A stretch of DNA of 23,939 nt, from positions 1-23,939 of the IMG/VR virus record IMGVR_UViG_2823670853_000004; one strand, 5' to 3'. Under the pieces are notes generated by a model. It saw nothing but the letters and a program-made list of their open reading frames with translations. It did not search any database and was not told the origin of the DNA. The DNA is from a virus (Duplodnaviria > Heunggongvirae > Uroviricota > Caudoviricetes). A program made the translations under genes and the position numbers. This document shows positions 1 to 8,639 of the stretch, piece by piece (the stretch's first letter is position 1; each line of letters begins with the position of its first letter).

Positions 1-1173
1 CAGTTCCGGGTATTCTTCAGCAGAAAATGCCGCACCGTTGCATTTCAGCCAGCCTGTTGGCGGTGTGGCTGAAGGCCATGGAACAGGCACACCAACAGGT
101 AATGCAGAGCCTTCTCCCAAACCAAGGTATGTGAGAAGACCAGCTACATCCTTTCCACTCAAATTGGTAAGCGTATTGTCCAGCGGTTGTTTACCTGCCA
201 GCGCATTAAGCATTGTCGTGGCAAAGTTCGGATCATTCCCCAGTGCCGCTGCCAGTTCGTTCAGCGTATCCAGTGCCGCAGGTGCAGAACCCACCATTGC
301 TGCAATTGCCGATTTCACAAAAGCGGTAGTGGCAATCTGTGTATTGTTGACCGACTGCGCCGCCGTGGGAGCTGTTGGCGTTCCGGTGAGTGCCGGACTC
401 GACAGCGGCGCTTTTTGTGCCAGTGCATTGTTAATGGTGGTACTGAATTTCGGATCATTGTTAATGGCTGCGGCTATTTCTTTCAGCGTGTCCAGCGTGG
501 CTGGCGCACCATTAATAAGAGCCGTCAGAGCCGCCTGAACAAACGCGGTGGTCGCAATCTGCGTGGTGTTATTCCCTGCTGCTGGCGTTTGCGCTTTGGG
601 TGTCCCGGTAAACGTCGGACTTTCTTTGGGTGCATACTGTGAATGCGGGTCCGGTGCGGCAAGATGTTTTGCCATCTGATCATCCGCGTACACCTTCAGC
701 TCCAGTACCTTATCATCCACATACTTGCGGGTTGCCAGCACGACGGCAGGGTCGATTTTCAGGGTGATATTGTCCGTGCTGCTGGTAATCAGCACCATGC
801 GCACGGTCTGGGTACGCCCGCTGCCTTCAGCCAGTTGCGGCTTATAGCTTTCCGGGCAGTTTCCCACGGCAATCAATGCCCCGGACTCATCAAACAGGCC
901 CACTTCACGTATCCACCAACCGCCCTCGTTTTCAGGGATCACCTGTTCAGCAATAATCTGGCTGCTATTCTGCGGGTCGATATAAAGCATATTCAGCGCA
1001 GCCCGGCGTTTCTCATTTACCAGTGCCGTCTGCTTTGCGTCCGGCGTTGGCAATACTCCGCCGCCATCGCCCACCGCCATATGGGTAATTTTTAGCGGCA
1101 CACCGAGCGCGGCGGCGCTGGCAAGTTTCGCCGCGCCAATATCCGTCAGCAGGGTATAAAATTTTGTGCTCAT
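1..1173 (-). CDS. H: Tail fibre protein, partial: N-terminus at 1173, C-terminal part runs off the window start
   Basis: Reverse frame open from 1173 to base 1 (391 codons, no stop, hence absent from ORF track). Starts MSTKFYTLLTDIGAAKLA. Contains repeated tail-fibre motifs I translated by hand (TQIATTAFVKSAIAAMVG near 290-340, NTTQIATTAFVQAALTALINGAPATLDTLKEIAAAIN near 480-600) and ends in window with TGWLKCNGAAFSAEEYPEL. ATGA start/stop overlap with upstream gene I. Plus-strand ORFs 38..538, 187..642, 643..1095 are shadows. Confidence 0.8.
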   Translation of the reverse strand, partial: MSTKFYTLLTDIGAAKLASAAALGVPLKITHMAVGDGGGVLPTPDAKQTALVNEKRRAALNMLYIDPQNSSQIIAEQVIPENEGGWWIREVGLFDESGALIAVGNCPESYKPQLAEGSGRTQTVRMVLITSSTDNITLKIDPAVVLATRKYVDDKVLELKVYADDQMAKHLAAPDPHSQYAPKESPTFTGTPKAQTPAAGNNTTQIATTAFVQAALTALINGAPATLDTLKEIAAAINNDPKFSTTINNALAQKAPLSSPALTGTPTAPTAAQSVNNTQIATTAFVKSAIAAMVGSAPAALDTLNELAAALGNDPNFATTMLNALAGKQPLDNTLTNLSGKDVAGLLTYLGLGEGSALPVGVPVPWPSATPPTGWLKCNGAAFSAEEYPEL

Positions 1174-1775
1174 GGATTCACTCTCATTGTGTCAATAACA
1201 TGGACCGCCCCGCCTTCATGCACGGTGCCACCGGAAATAATCGTTTCGTTGATATACGGATAGATCGTGATTTCTTCGCCAAGATAGCTGGCGGCTCCCA
1301 CCCAATGCGGGCCGCTGGTCTGCAGATTGATGGACATGCCGATCATGTGGCGGCTACATGGTTTGGCATCGCTTATCAGTCGCTCAAGTTCCAGATAGGT
1401 ATCTTCAGTGATGCCATGGTCCTGCACGCCGATATCCAGGCGAAACGTGCCCGGTGCCTCTCCGGTCTGCCACCACTCAATAATGCGGATCAGAAAGCCG
1501 AACGGCTCCACCACCCGCCGCACGGCACTGGTGGTCCCTTTATGCTGATGAATATAAAAAGCATCCTTCACCACCTGGCGCTTGACGCTTTCTGTCCAGC
1601 CCTTGTCCCAGCGATCCACAGAGAACGCCCAGGCGAGATAAGGCAGGAAACTGACCGGACAGGTTACCGGATTCCACAAGTCACGAAGCGGCACCTGCAG
1701 ATCAGAAATCCCGCTGCAGGTTTGCGCCAGTCGGCGCTCCAGTGGTGTTGAATCCGGTGGCAGCAGACTATTCAT
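1170..1775 (-). CDS. I: Baseplate assembly protein (gpI-like)
   Basis: 201-aa ORF in the P2 position between J and H; overlaps J stop and H start. Confidence 0.7.
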   Translation of the reverse strand: MNSLLPPDSTPLERRLAQTCSGISDLQVPLRDLWNPVTCPVSFLPYLAWAFSVDRWDKGWTESVKRQVVKDAFYIHQHKGTTSAVRRVVEPFGFLIRIIEWWQTGEAPGTFRLDIGVQDHGITEDTYLELERLISDAKPCSRHMIGMSINLQTSGPHWVGAASYLGEEITIYPYINETIISGGTVHEGGAVHVIDTMRVNP

Positions 1776-2676
1776 CCGTTCCTCCGTTGGTTACGCTCCA
1801 CTGCGTACACGATGCCGCCTGTGTTTTGTTCAGGACCACATCCGCCAGAGGAGAAGCCAGCTCCACACGCTGCACACCCTCAACATGCAGGGCGGCAAAG
1901 ATGGCGCTACGGCGAATATCCCGACCAAGACGCGTCTGACTGGCGATGTACTTCTGCAGGCTGGCTTTTGCCGCTGCCATTACCGGCTCTGCTTCCGGTC
2001 CAGGATAGAGAAAAATGGTGGCTTCCACGCGATACGGGATGATTTCTGCGCTGCGAACCGTAAGACGGTCAGCCACCGGGCGGACGTTCTCACTGTTCAG
2101 AGCTTTTTCCACCACGTCCAGCAGGTCTTTTTCTGCAGTTCCATCGCCTTCGCGGCTAAGGACAGTCAGCACCACCTCTGCAGGTGCCGGGCTGGTTGCA
2201 CTGGCATCCGCCACCCGACCGTCGGCGCTTCGGGCATGAAATTCATAAGCTGCAGTTGGCCCCGCAACTGAAAGCCCTTCAAAGGCTGCAGGCACACGCA
2301 GGCGTAACGCTTCATCGCTTTCCATCACAGCTGCAACGGGCGGCACAGCGTCATTATTAGCAGGCGTCACCGTCAGGCGTTTCACGTTGTAGTTGGCAGC
2401 GAGCTGGTCAAGATCGCTGCCCATCGCGTAAGCCACCATCACAGCCTGCGCGGCTTCGTTAATGCGCTGGCGCAGAAGCAACTCACGGTAAGCGTTCTCC
2501 TGCAGCAATTTGGTGACGGGTTCAGATTCCAGTTCCAGCGTGCGGATCACTGCTTCCTGCTCATCTTTCGGATGAAGCGCCACAAATTCTGCCTTGCGTT
2601 CGGCAAGCAGCGTCTCAAAGTCCGGCACATCCACAATCTGCGGCGCAGGCAACTGCGAAAGGTCAATCACTGCCAT
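1768..2676 (-). CDS. J: Baseplate protein (gpJ-like)
   Basis: ORF 1768..2715 trimmed to the ATG at 2676 (MAVIDLSQLPAPQ...), which has an AGGAG Shine-Dalgarno 6 nt upstream and leaves a 10-nt gap after W. Conserved J-like motifs such as RLGRDIRRSAIFAALHVEGVQRVEL. Confidence 0.8.
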   Translation of the reverse strand: MAVIDLSQLPAPQIVDVPDFETLLAERKAEFVALHPKDEQEAVIRTLELESEPVTKLLQENAYRELLLRQRINEAAQAVMVAYAMGSDLDQLAANYNVKRLTVTPANNDAVPPVAAVMESDEALRLRVPAAFEGLSVAGPTAAYEFHARSADGRVADASATSPAPAEVVLTVLSREGDGTAEKDLLDVVEKALNSENVRPVADRLTVRSAEIIPYRVEATIFLYPGPEAEPVMAAAKASLQKYIASQTRLGRDIRRSAIFAALHVEGVQRVELASPLADVVLNKTQAASCTQWSVTNGGTDE

Positions 2677-3022
2677 TCTCTGCTCCTGTTGATACGGAAA
2701 GGGAAACAGGCACACCGTTATTACGCCGCCCGGTCAGCTCCACCACCATTGAACCGTCAAAATTGCTGTTGATGGTGATGGAATCCAGCGTCAGCCGTGG
2801 CTCCCAGCGACTCAGCGCCACATACACTGCCGACATGACCTGCAGGCGTAATGCCGGATTTTGTGGCTGGTCTATCAGTGTCGACAGCAGGGAACCATAT
2901 TCACGACGGGCAATGCGGCTACCCTGCGGTGTCAGTAGAATGTCCCGCACCGACTGACGCAGATGGTCAATATCAGTAATGGCTTTACCGCTGGTATTGT
3001 TCATCCCGATATAAAGCGTCAT
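2663..3022 (-). CDS. W: Baseplate wedge protein (gpW-like)
   Basis: 119 aa, P2 gpW-like (RREYGSLLSTLIDQPQNPAL); ATGA overlap with V stop. Confidence 0.8.
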   Translation of the reverse strand: MTLYIGMNNTSGKAITDIDHLRQSVRDILLTPQGSRIARREYGSLLSTLIDQPQNPALRLQVMSAVYVALSRWEPRLTLDSITINSNFDGSMVVELTGRRNNGVPVSLSVSTGAENGSD

Positions 3023-3597
3023 ACCGGGCCTCCGGTTGTATCGCCGCCTTTCAGGACGCCAGTATGCTGATGCGCATCAACCACGATCCCGTTAGAACCC
3101 ATCGCTCCGCCGCCCTGGGTAACGCCACCATTGATCACCACTTCACTGTTAATGCGCGTGCGGTCAGCCTCCAGTACAAACTCACTGGTTTTCATGGTGA
3201 TGTTGTCAGCGGCCTCAATGACCATTGATTTGATGCCCCTGACATGCCAGCGTCCGGTGGCGGGTTCGTATTCAAACCAGCCACCGTCAGGATGTTCTGT
3301 CACGCAGGCGTCCGCCGACGTCGACGGTGGCGCGAACTGATTCGAATAGATGGCGGGTAACGCAAAGGCGGTTTCCAGATTGCCGCCCAGACTCAGCAGC
3401 ACCACCTGCTCACCTTCCGATGGTCGCCACCATGTGCGGGCATTCCCGGCACGCAGCGTCAGCCAGCTGATCCAGTTAGTTTCAAGCTCGCCCGTTTTCA
3501 CCCGGCAAAGCCAGTTTTCCCGGTCCACTTCGGTGACTACACCTGTGCGGATCAGGTTGGTGATAAGGCGCATGATTTCGGTTAATTGTGCGTTCAT
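3019..3597 (-). CDS. V: Baseplate spike/assembly protein (gpV-like)
   Basis: 192 aa; Gly-rich C-terminus (VINGGVTQGGGAMGSNGIVVDAHQHTGVLKGGDTTGGPV) typical of gpV spike proteins; first gene of a late operon. Confidence 0.8.
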   Translation of the reverse strand: MNAQLTEIMRLITNLIRTGVVTEVDRENWLCRVKTGELETNWISWLTLRAGNARTWWRPSEGEQVVLLSLGGNLETAFALPAIYSNQFAPPSTSADACVTEHPDGGWFEYEPATGRWHVRGIKSMVIEAADNITMKTSEFVLEADRTRINSEVVINGGVTQGGGAMGSNGIVVDAHQHTGVLKGGDTTGGPV

Positions 3598-3643
3598 AGG
3601 GAAAGGTTGCCATCAGGGGAAGAAAGGCGGCAGTGCTGCAACT

Positions 3644-3661
3644 TGTATCAGTGCTGGTACA
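3644..3661. promoter_or_regulatory. TGT-N12-ACA dyad in the S-V intergenic region, candidate Ogr/B-type late-activator site
   Basis: Exact TGT(atcagtgctggt)ACA, centre 55.5 bp upstream of the V start codon; same geometry as the dyad upstream of P. Confidence 0.4.
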
Positions 3662-3665
3662 AAAA

Positions 3666-4112
3666 TCACCCCGCCAACCATTGCAGAATCATGTCGCGGG
3701 TCATTGCCTCAACATCATCATTTACGCCCAGAAGGCGACGCTCTGCGTAACGGACCTCCGGTCCTTTGCGGCTGACGCGATCACGCAGGCCATAATGGTG
3801 AACGCGGGCAATGCGCTGCACCTTACCTTCAAACTGCACGCTGGCAGAATCCTCGCTGGCGGCGGTTTTCAGGTATTTTGTAGTGCGAAGTTTTGTAAAC
3901 ATCTGCCGTTTGATACGGCCTTTTTTACTGCGTGCTGTTACTCGCCTCGGTTCATAGCTGCTGCCATCAGGATTGAGTTGCATCCTGATGTTCTGCTGCT
4001 GTGTCCGGCGCAGTTCCTGCGCCAGCTGGCGCATCATGCGGCTTCTGGCGGCTGGTTCCAGATTCGCCAGCAAGGCACTCAGCCAGTCGTCCACTTTCTG
4101 CAGTTCAGCCAC
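3666..4112 (-). CDS. S: Tail completion protein (gpS-like)
   Basis: 148-aa ORF in the P2 S position; overlaps R by 8 nt. Confidence 0.75.
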   Translation of the reverse strand: MAELQKVDDWLSALLANLEPAARSRMMRQLAQELRRTQQQNIRMQLNPDGSSYEPRRVTARSKKGRIKRQMFTKLRTTKYLKTAASEDSASVQFEGKVQRIARVHHYGLRDRVSRKGPEVRYAERRLLGVNDDVEAMTRDMILQWLAG

Positions 4113-4557
4113 GTTTCACCGTCCACATTTCTTCAGGTTCATCAGGTTCCACTATAGCTTCAACGCTCGACACACTACCGTCAGTGCTGACCAGCACACG
4201 CTCCGTCAGTTGCATGTTCAGGCTGATATCACAGACATCGTTGCGCAGAATATCCACCTCAAAGGTGAATAGTTTTTCCCGTAACGCCGGGTTATTGATG
4301 GCATCGGGCTGGTTATCCCTCAGCCACAGCAAAACCGGGGCCATCAGCAGATTCTGGTCGCCGCTGAAATCCTCAATCACCGCGTTCAGGGTGTAACGGT
4401 ACTCCCACGACATGGAGCTGGCCCCCGTGGCAACCAGCGAACCGTTATCCACAAACAGATGCAGTTTGTCCGGATTATTGCGGACATAAGGCACCGCTTT
4501 ATTGAGGGCGTGGCGCAGGGATTGTGGTTTGTTCACTGTTTCGCTCCTGACACGCAA
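4105..4557 (-). CDS. R: Tail completion protein (gpR-like)
   Basis: 150-aa ORF in the P2 R position downstream of the lysis genes. Confidence 0.75.
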   Translation of the reverse strand: MRVRSETVNKPQSLRHALNKAVPYVRNNPDKLHLFVDNGSLVATGASSMSWEYRYTLNAVIEDFSGDQNLLMAPVLLWLRDNQPDAINNPALREKLFTFEVDILRNDVCDISLNMQLTERVLVSTDGSVSSVEAIVEPDEPEEMWTVKRG

Positions 4558-4789
4558 TAATCATGTCCACTTTGTCTGCACAGACCGCCCAGGCGGCCTC
4601 CGTTTCATCCAGCAACGCGTTCAGATCACCGTTAGTGCGCGGCGCTGCCTGATCCAGCCGACACGGCGTCACTCGCGGACAACCACTGACGGTAAGCTGC
4701 ACCTCCGGTGAGCGTCGGACGTTCCCGCAGCCGGATAATGTCAGCAGGCAAAGGAGTATCAGCCCAGCGGCGTAAATCCTCGTTCTCAC
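4499..4789 (-). CDS. lysC: Rz1-like outer-membrane lipoprotein (LysC-like), out of frame and overlapping the 3' end of lysB
   Basis: 96-aa ORF with signal peptide plus lipobox (LLCLLTLSGC), Pro-rich mature part; begins inside the lysB reading frame in another frame, as for Rz/Rz1 and P2 lysB/lysC. Confidence 0.5.
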   Translation of the reverse strand: MRTRIYAAGLILLCLLTLSGCGNVRRSPEVQLTVSGCPRVTPCRLDQAAPRTNGDLNALLDETEAAWAVCADKVDMIIACQERNSEQTTIPAPRPQ

Positions 4790-5060
4790 GTTTCAGTTCC
4801 TCGATCCGGTGTTGTCGTTGTCTCAGCAGCGCGCTGGTCTGTTCTGCTTCGGCATAGAGCCGCGCCTGCTCCCGGTTATTGGTTTCAGTCAGAATGGACA
4901 GGCTGATAAGCTGGCTGTTGCTCTTTGCCAGTGCCTGGCTTTTGCTCTGCAGCTCGTCTGCCTGCGTGCTGATGGTCTGGCTGGCATCAGCCAGCCGCCA
5001 CGTCTGCCAGCCCAGTGCCGCCAGTAATAACGCCAGCACAACCAGCAGCAACCGGTTCAT
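4632..5060 (-). CDS. lysB: Rz-like spanin, inner-membrane component (LysB-like)
   Basis: 142 aa; N-terminal TM segment (LLLVVLALLLAALGW) then coiled-coil-like, charged periplasmic region; ATGA overlap with lysA stop. Confidence 0.7.
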   Translation of the reverse strand: MNRLLLVVLALLLAALGWQTWRLADASQTISTQADELQSKSQALAKSNSQLISLSILTETNNREQARLYAEAEQTSALLRQRQHRIEELKRENEDLRRWADTPLPADIIRLRERPTLTGGAAYRQWLSASDAVSAGSGSAAH

Positions 5061-5434
5061 GCTGCTACCTGTTGCGCCATCTGATTACGGGTGATCCAGA
5101 AGGCAATAACGGTCAGTAGATAAAAGACCAGGGTAATAGCCCACCCCGTCCAGGCGAGACTGACGACAATCAGCAATCGCATCATCCAACTGATAAATAC
5201 GTTTTCTTTTCGGGTAATTGTCTTCAGCAAAGATGCCCTCAACTCCTGCCAGAGCGGGCCGTTCTTAATTAACGCAGCCAGTGATACCGGAATTACTGCC
5301 CATGTCAGCAGACAGGCTACCCAGACACCAGATGCTGCCAGTACCGGAAAAATCCCCTGCGGATACACCATTGCGGCGATTAACAGCGCTATCCATAACA
5401 TCAGAAACAGCCCGCTGATTACTTTCTTTTTCAT
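5057..5434 (-). CDS. lysA: Lysis-timing membrane protein (LysA-like)
   Basis: ORF 5057..5506 trimmed to ATG at 5434 (MKKKVISGLFLML...), GGAG 9 nt upstream, 1 nt after K stop; several hydrophobic TM segments. Confidence 0.65.
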   Translation of the reverse strand: MKKKVISGLFLMLWIALLIAAMVYPQGIFPVLAASGVWVACLLTWAVIPVSLAALIKNGPLWQELRASLLKTITRKENVFISWMMRLLIVVSLAWTGWAITLVFYLLTVIAFWITRNQMAQQVAA

Positions 5435-5435
5435 T

Positions 5436-5948
5436 TCAGTTTGCTCCCTGTAAGCACCAGGCCATCTCCCGCGCACGGCGGTTATCCAGCCCCTGATTAA
5501 ACACACCTTTTACATACACCCAGCGCGGCAACTGTCGGCACGCATCCGCCCAGCGCCGCTGATTGAGCAATTTCACCAGCGTGGAACTGCAGGCATTGCC
5601 CGTACCCACGTTGAAGGCAAACGACACCGCAGCGTCATACACCTTCTGCGGCGGCTGTTGCTTCACACACCTTTCCAGCGCCCGCTCCACACGCAGCACG
5701 TTGGAGATCAGCCCTTCTGCTGCCTGTCGCTCCGTAATGGTTTTGCCGGGAATGACGCCCGACGTATTACCAATGCCGTCGGTCCAGACACCCGCGCTGC
5801 ACTGATACGGCTGCAGACGACAACCTTCGTAATCGGCAATCAGTTTCAGCCCTTCCACGGAGGTGTGAAGCTGCTGAAAACCCGGCAGCGTGGCAGCAAT
5901 AGCCAGCACGGCCCCGACAAGGCAGCGTTTAACGATTGATGGATTCAT
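5436..5948 (-). CDS. K: Endolysin, lysozyme family, with N-terminal signal-anchor-release (SAR)-like hydrophobic segment
   Basis: 170 aa; N-terminal CLVGAVLAIAATLPGF, then lysozyme catalytic region GLKLIADYEGCRLQPYQCSAGVWTDGIGNT. Confidence 0.8.
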   Translation of the reverse strand: MNPSIVKRCLVGAVLAIAATLPGFQQLHTSVEGLKLIADYEGCRLQPYQCSAGVWTDGIGNTSGVIPGKTITERQAAEGLISNVLRVERALERCVKQQPPQKVYDAAVSFAFNVGTGNACSSTLVKLLNQRRWADACRQLPRWVYVKGVFNQGLDNRRAREMAWCLQGAN

Positions 5949-6144
5949 AGTCCTCCCGCGAGATCTGCCCGTCGCGCAGAAGCTGGTAGGCTTTGTGTTT
6001 GTAGTACCAGTTGATAGCCAGCATCAGCACACCAATCATCAGGCCGCCCAGCGTTGAGGCATCCTTGATGGACAAATCGCCCAGCCAGGCCAGCACAACG
6101 GCGATGCAGTACGTGATAAAGGCGCTGATTCGCTCAAGCGTCAT
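5929..6144 (-). CDS. Y: Holin (likely pinholin-type, two TM helices)
   Basis: 71 aa, two hydrophobic helices and charged C-terminus, directly upstream of the endolysin. Confidence 0.7.
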   Translation of the reverse strand: MTLERISAFITYCIAVVLAWLGDLSIKDASTLGGLMIGVLMLAINWYYKHKAYQLLRDGQISREDYESINR

Positions 6145-6147
6145 AAT

Positions 6148-6351
6148 TCAGTCCCATAGCTGGACGGTCTGCACGGTGGTGGTGGTCGGAATGTCCGGCA
6201 GCTCCACCTGCAGCCCGTGAGGTAAAAAGGGGCCATATTCGGCAAGCCCCGGATTTGCCTTCAGTACCTGCTCCGTGACACCCTGCGTGCGCCCGTAATG
6301 ACGCCAGCAAAGCGCGTCCACCGTGTCATACTGATGCGCACGCACTTTCAT
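6148..6351 (-). CDS. X: Tail protein X (gpX-like)
   Basis: 67 aa, same length and position as P2 gpX between L and the holin. Confidence 0.7.
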   Translation of the reverse strand: MKVRAHQYDTVDALCWRHYGRTQGVTEQVLKANPGLAEYGPFLPHGLQVELPDIPTTTTVQTVQLWD

Positions 6352-6878
6352 CAGATAAGCTCCACTGTGCAGTGCGGCGCATCCTGCACCCGGCTGATGG
6401 CCCAGCGGGCGTCACGCCACAAATCACCGCTGGATTCCGCCAGTTCCTCGCCTCGCTTCACACCGGATGCCGTGGCGTCATAGTCCTGGTATCGTTCGTT
6501 GAGCATGGCGCGTGCCCAGCAGTAAACCGCGTTGAAATAGTGCTGAATGCGCTCACTTTTGCCGTCCAGCTGTTCCGCCGGAACCTCAGCCAGCGACACA
6601 TACCCCAGCATCTGCTGACGTCTGCGAAACTCATACAGCTCTGCGTTGACCTCCGAAATTGCCGACAGCGCAACCTGCTTTAAACGCGGCTGCGTCACCG
6701 TGCCGTCAGTGCGCATGACACTGCGAAATTCCGACAGGTCCACATCAGGCCAGAACGGCGTGTTTCTGATGATTTCCGCCTGTTCCGGTGCCTGTTCTGG
6801 CGCAACAAACTTCATGCTGCTTTCTCCTGAAATAGAGGGCGGTGGACGGGGTTTTGATGTGGCAGTGCCTTTCGCCAC
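6351..6878 (-). CDS. L: Head completion/stabilisation protein (gpL-like)
   Basis: 175 aa, P2 L position downstream of M. Confidence 0.75.
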   Translation of the reverse strand: MAKGTATSKPRPPPSISGESSMKFVAPEQAPEQAEIIRNTPFWPDVDLSEFRSVMRTDGTVTQPRLKQVALSAISEVNAELYEFRRRQQMLGYVSLAEVPAEQLDGKSERIQHYFNAVYCWARAMLNERYQDYDATASGVKRGEELAESSGDLWRDARWAISRVQDAPHCTVELI

Positions 6879-6910
6879 CCCGTGCCGCCCGTGCGCGGGG
6901 GCACGTTCTG

Positions 6911-7561
6911 TCAGCGGCTGTCATTGCGCAGTCTGCGCTCCAGCTGCTGTTTGTCTTTTTTCACGCCACAGCGGGGATCGAGCTGTAACGCATGGTTGAG
7001 ATGATTAAGGGCGGAAGCCGGGTTGCTTTCACTCAGGACAGCGCCAATCGCTTTATGCAGACGCGCCCGTGACTGGTCCGGCATATCCAGACCGTCTGTC
7101 AGCTCCAGCGTCTGCAGCAACAGATCGGCATCAAAGCCGGTGGCGGCAAGCATTGCGCTCTGCGCCGCGTCTGCCATTTCCTCTGCCAGCACGGTCTGCA
7201 CGTTGCGGTTACCCAGCGGCATCACCCAGCCATGACGCAGGGCATGACGCCCGATCTCCAGCGCCCCGGCATAATCTCCGGCATCAATGCGCCACAGCAT
7301 CACGTACATCAGCACGTCATCCTGTTGAGCGCCTCCGGCAGCCAGAACGCCCTCCGCCCAGGCGGTATATTTCGGCAGCAGCTCCACCTTGATTTCCGCT
7401 TTTTTGACCGTGGACTGAACGCCCTTGAGACGGCGGCGGTCTTCCGCCAGTTGCAGCAGCATCAGGTCATAGCCCGATGCGTGGCGAACACTGCCGCCCT
7501 CGCGGGCGGCCTGTTCAGCCTGAACGCGCAGGCGATGCTGCCGTGCGGGACTCAGGCTCAT
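6911..7561 (-). CDS. M: Terminase small (endonuclease) subunit (gpM-like)
   Basis: 216 aa, Ala/Leu-rich, P2 M position after the capsid gene. Confidence 0.8.
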   Translation of the reverse strand: MSLSPARQHRLRVQAEQAAREGGSVRHASGYDLMLLQLAEDRRRLKGVQSTVKKAEIKVELLPKYTAWAEGVLAAGGAQQDDVLMYVMLWRIDAGDYAGALEIGRHALRHGWVMPLGNRNVQTVLAEEMADAAQSAMLAATGFDADLLLQTLELTDGLDMPDQSRARLHKAIGAVLSESNPASALNHLNHALQLDPRCGVKKDKQQLERRLRNDSR

Positions 7562-7564
7562 GGA

Positions 7565-8623
7565 TTACGCTCCGGTTTCGGCTGCGGCGGCGCTGAAATC
7601 ACCAATCTGGATGTTTTCCACCAGTGCGGCGCAGCGGTAGTCCTCAACCACATAGGCTTCATTAACGGATTCAAAGTTTTCAATCCGGTCACGTTTCGGG
7701 TTGTCGATAACTGAACGGCGGCGGGTGTCTTCCTGCCAGTAGATGGACAGGTTATCCAGACGGGTGATCAGCAGTGCATTCGGCGGGAAGAACGGCGCAC
7801 GCACGGCCTGCAGGCCACCCATGCGTTTCTGACTGATGATCATATCGGCAGCGAGTTTTTCACTGTTTTCCTGCTCTTTGTTGACCAGCGGGAAATACTT
7901 GTCAGACAGCAGTTCACGACCGCAAATCACCACCAGATCGTCATCGTCCTGGTAGACCACGTCGATAAGCTCATTAACGGCATCCATCACCACGGCGTCC
8001 AGGTTGGCATATTCGCCACCTTTACCGACTTTCACCGCGCCCGGTGTGGTTTCACCGCCCGTGGTGGTGCTGCCCATGACGTGATCCGGTGCATCCTCAC
8101 GGATTTTCTGCAGCCAGCCTTTGTTCACATCCTGTAGCAGCGGGTTTTCACTACGGTTGGAGGTTTTCGCACGCTTCACGCCGTTAAAGCCGATCATGAT
8201 GCGGTCCAGTGCCTGACGTTTCACGATGGCGTCACGGATACGCACCTGGAAATCCTGAAACTTCGCCCACAGGTCCAGCTTCGCGTAGGTCAGCACCGTG
8301 TCAAAGTTGGTCTGCTCGCATTTATATTCCACATCGACCATCAGCGTCGGATCGACAGGTTCACGCTCTTTCGCGGTGGTGTCAGTGGTTCCGGCAATGG
8401 TGCTGCCAACACCCAGCCCCAGCAGCTGACCGGACTGCTCAGTCACTGGCGTGACGTTAATCAGCGTCAGGAAAGCGGCGGACTGCTGGATCTGGTCTTC
8501 CAGCGTCTGCTGCACAGACGGCTCCACAGTGAATTTGCTGGACAGTTCTTCAACTGCCACACCGTTCAGACGCGCCAGCTGCTGCAGGTAAGCGTTAAAA
8601 GCAAAGCGGGTATTCTTCTTCAT
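7565..8623 (-). CDS. N: Major capsid protein precursor (gpN-like)
   Basis: 352 aa, P2 gpN-like length and position after scaffold gene O. Confidence 0.9.
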   Translation of the reverse strand: MKKNTRFAFNAYLQQLARLNGVAVEELSSKFTVEPSVQQTLEDQIQQSAAFLTLINVTPVTEQSGQLLGLGVGSTIAGTTDTTAKEREPVDPTLMVDVEYKCEQTNFDTVLTYAKLDLWAKFQDFQVRIRDAIVKRQALDRIMIGFNGVKRAKTSNRSENPLLQDVNKGWLQKIREDAPDHVMGSTTTGGETTPGAVKVGKGGEYANLDAVVMDAVNELIDVVYQDDDDLVVICGRELLSDKYFPLVNKEQENSEKLAADMIISQKRMGGLQAVRAPFFPPNALLITRLDNLSIYWQEDTRRRSVIDNPKRDRIENFESVNEAYVVEDYRCAALVENIQIGDFSAAAAETGA

Positions 8624-8639
8624 CGGGTTTTGTGCTCCA

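Noticed and set aside
38-1095. Plus-strand ORFs 38..538, 187..642 and 643..1095
   Set aside because: They lie antisense to the open tail-fibre reading frame, whose translation carries recognisable tail-fibre repeats. The plus-strand products are Cys/Arg-rich or low-complexity shadow ORFs.
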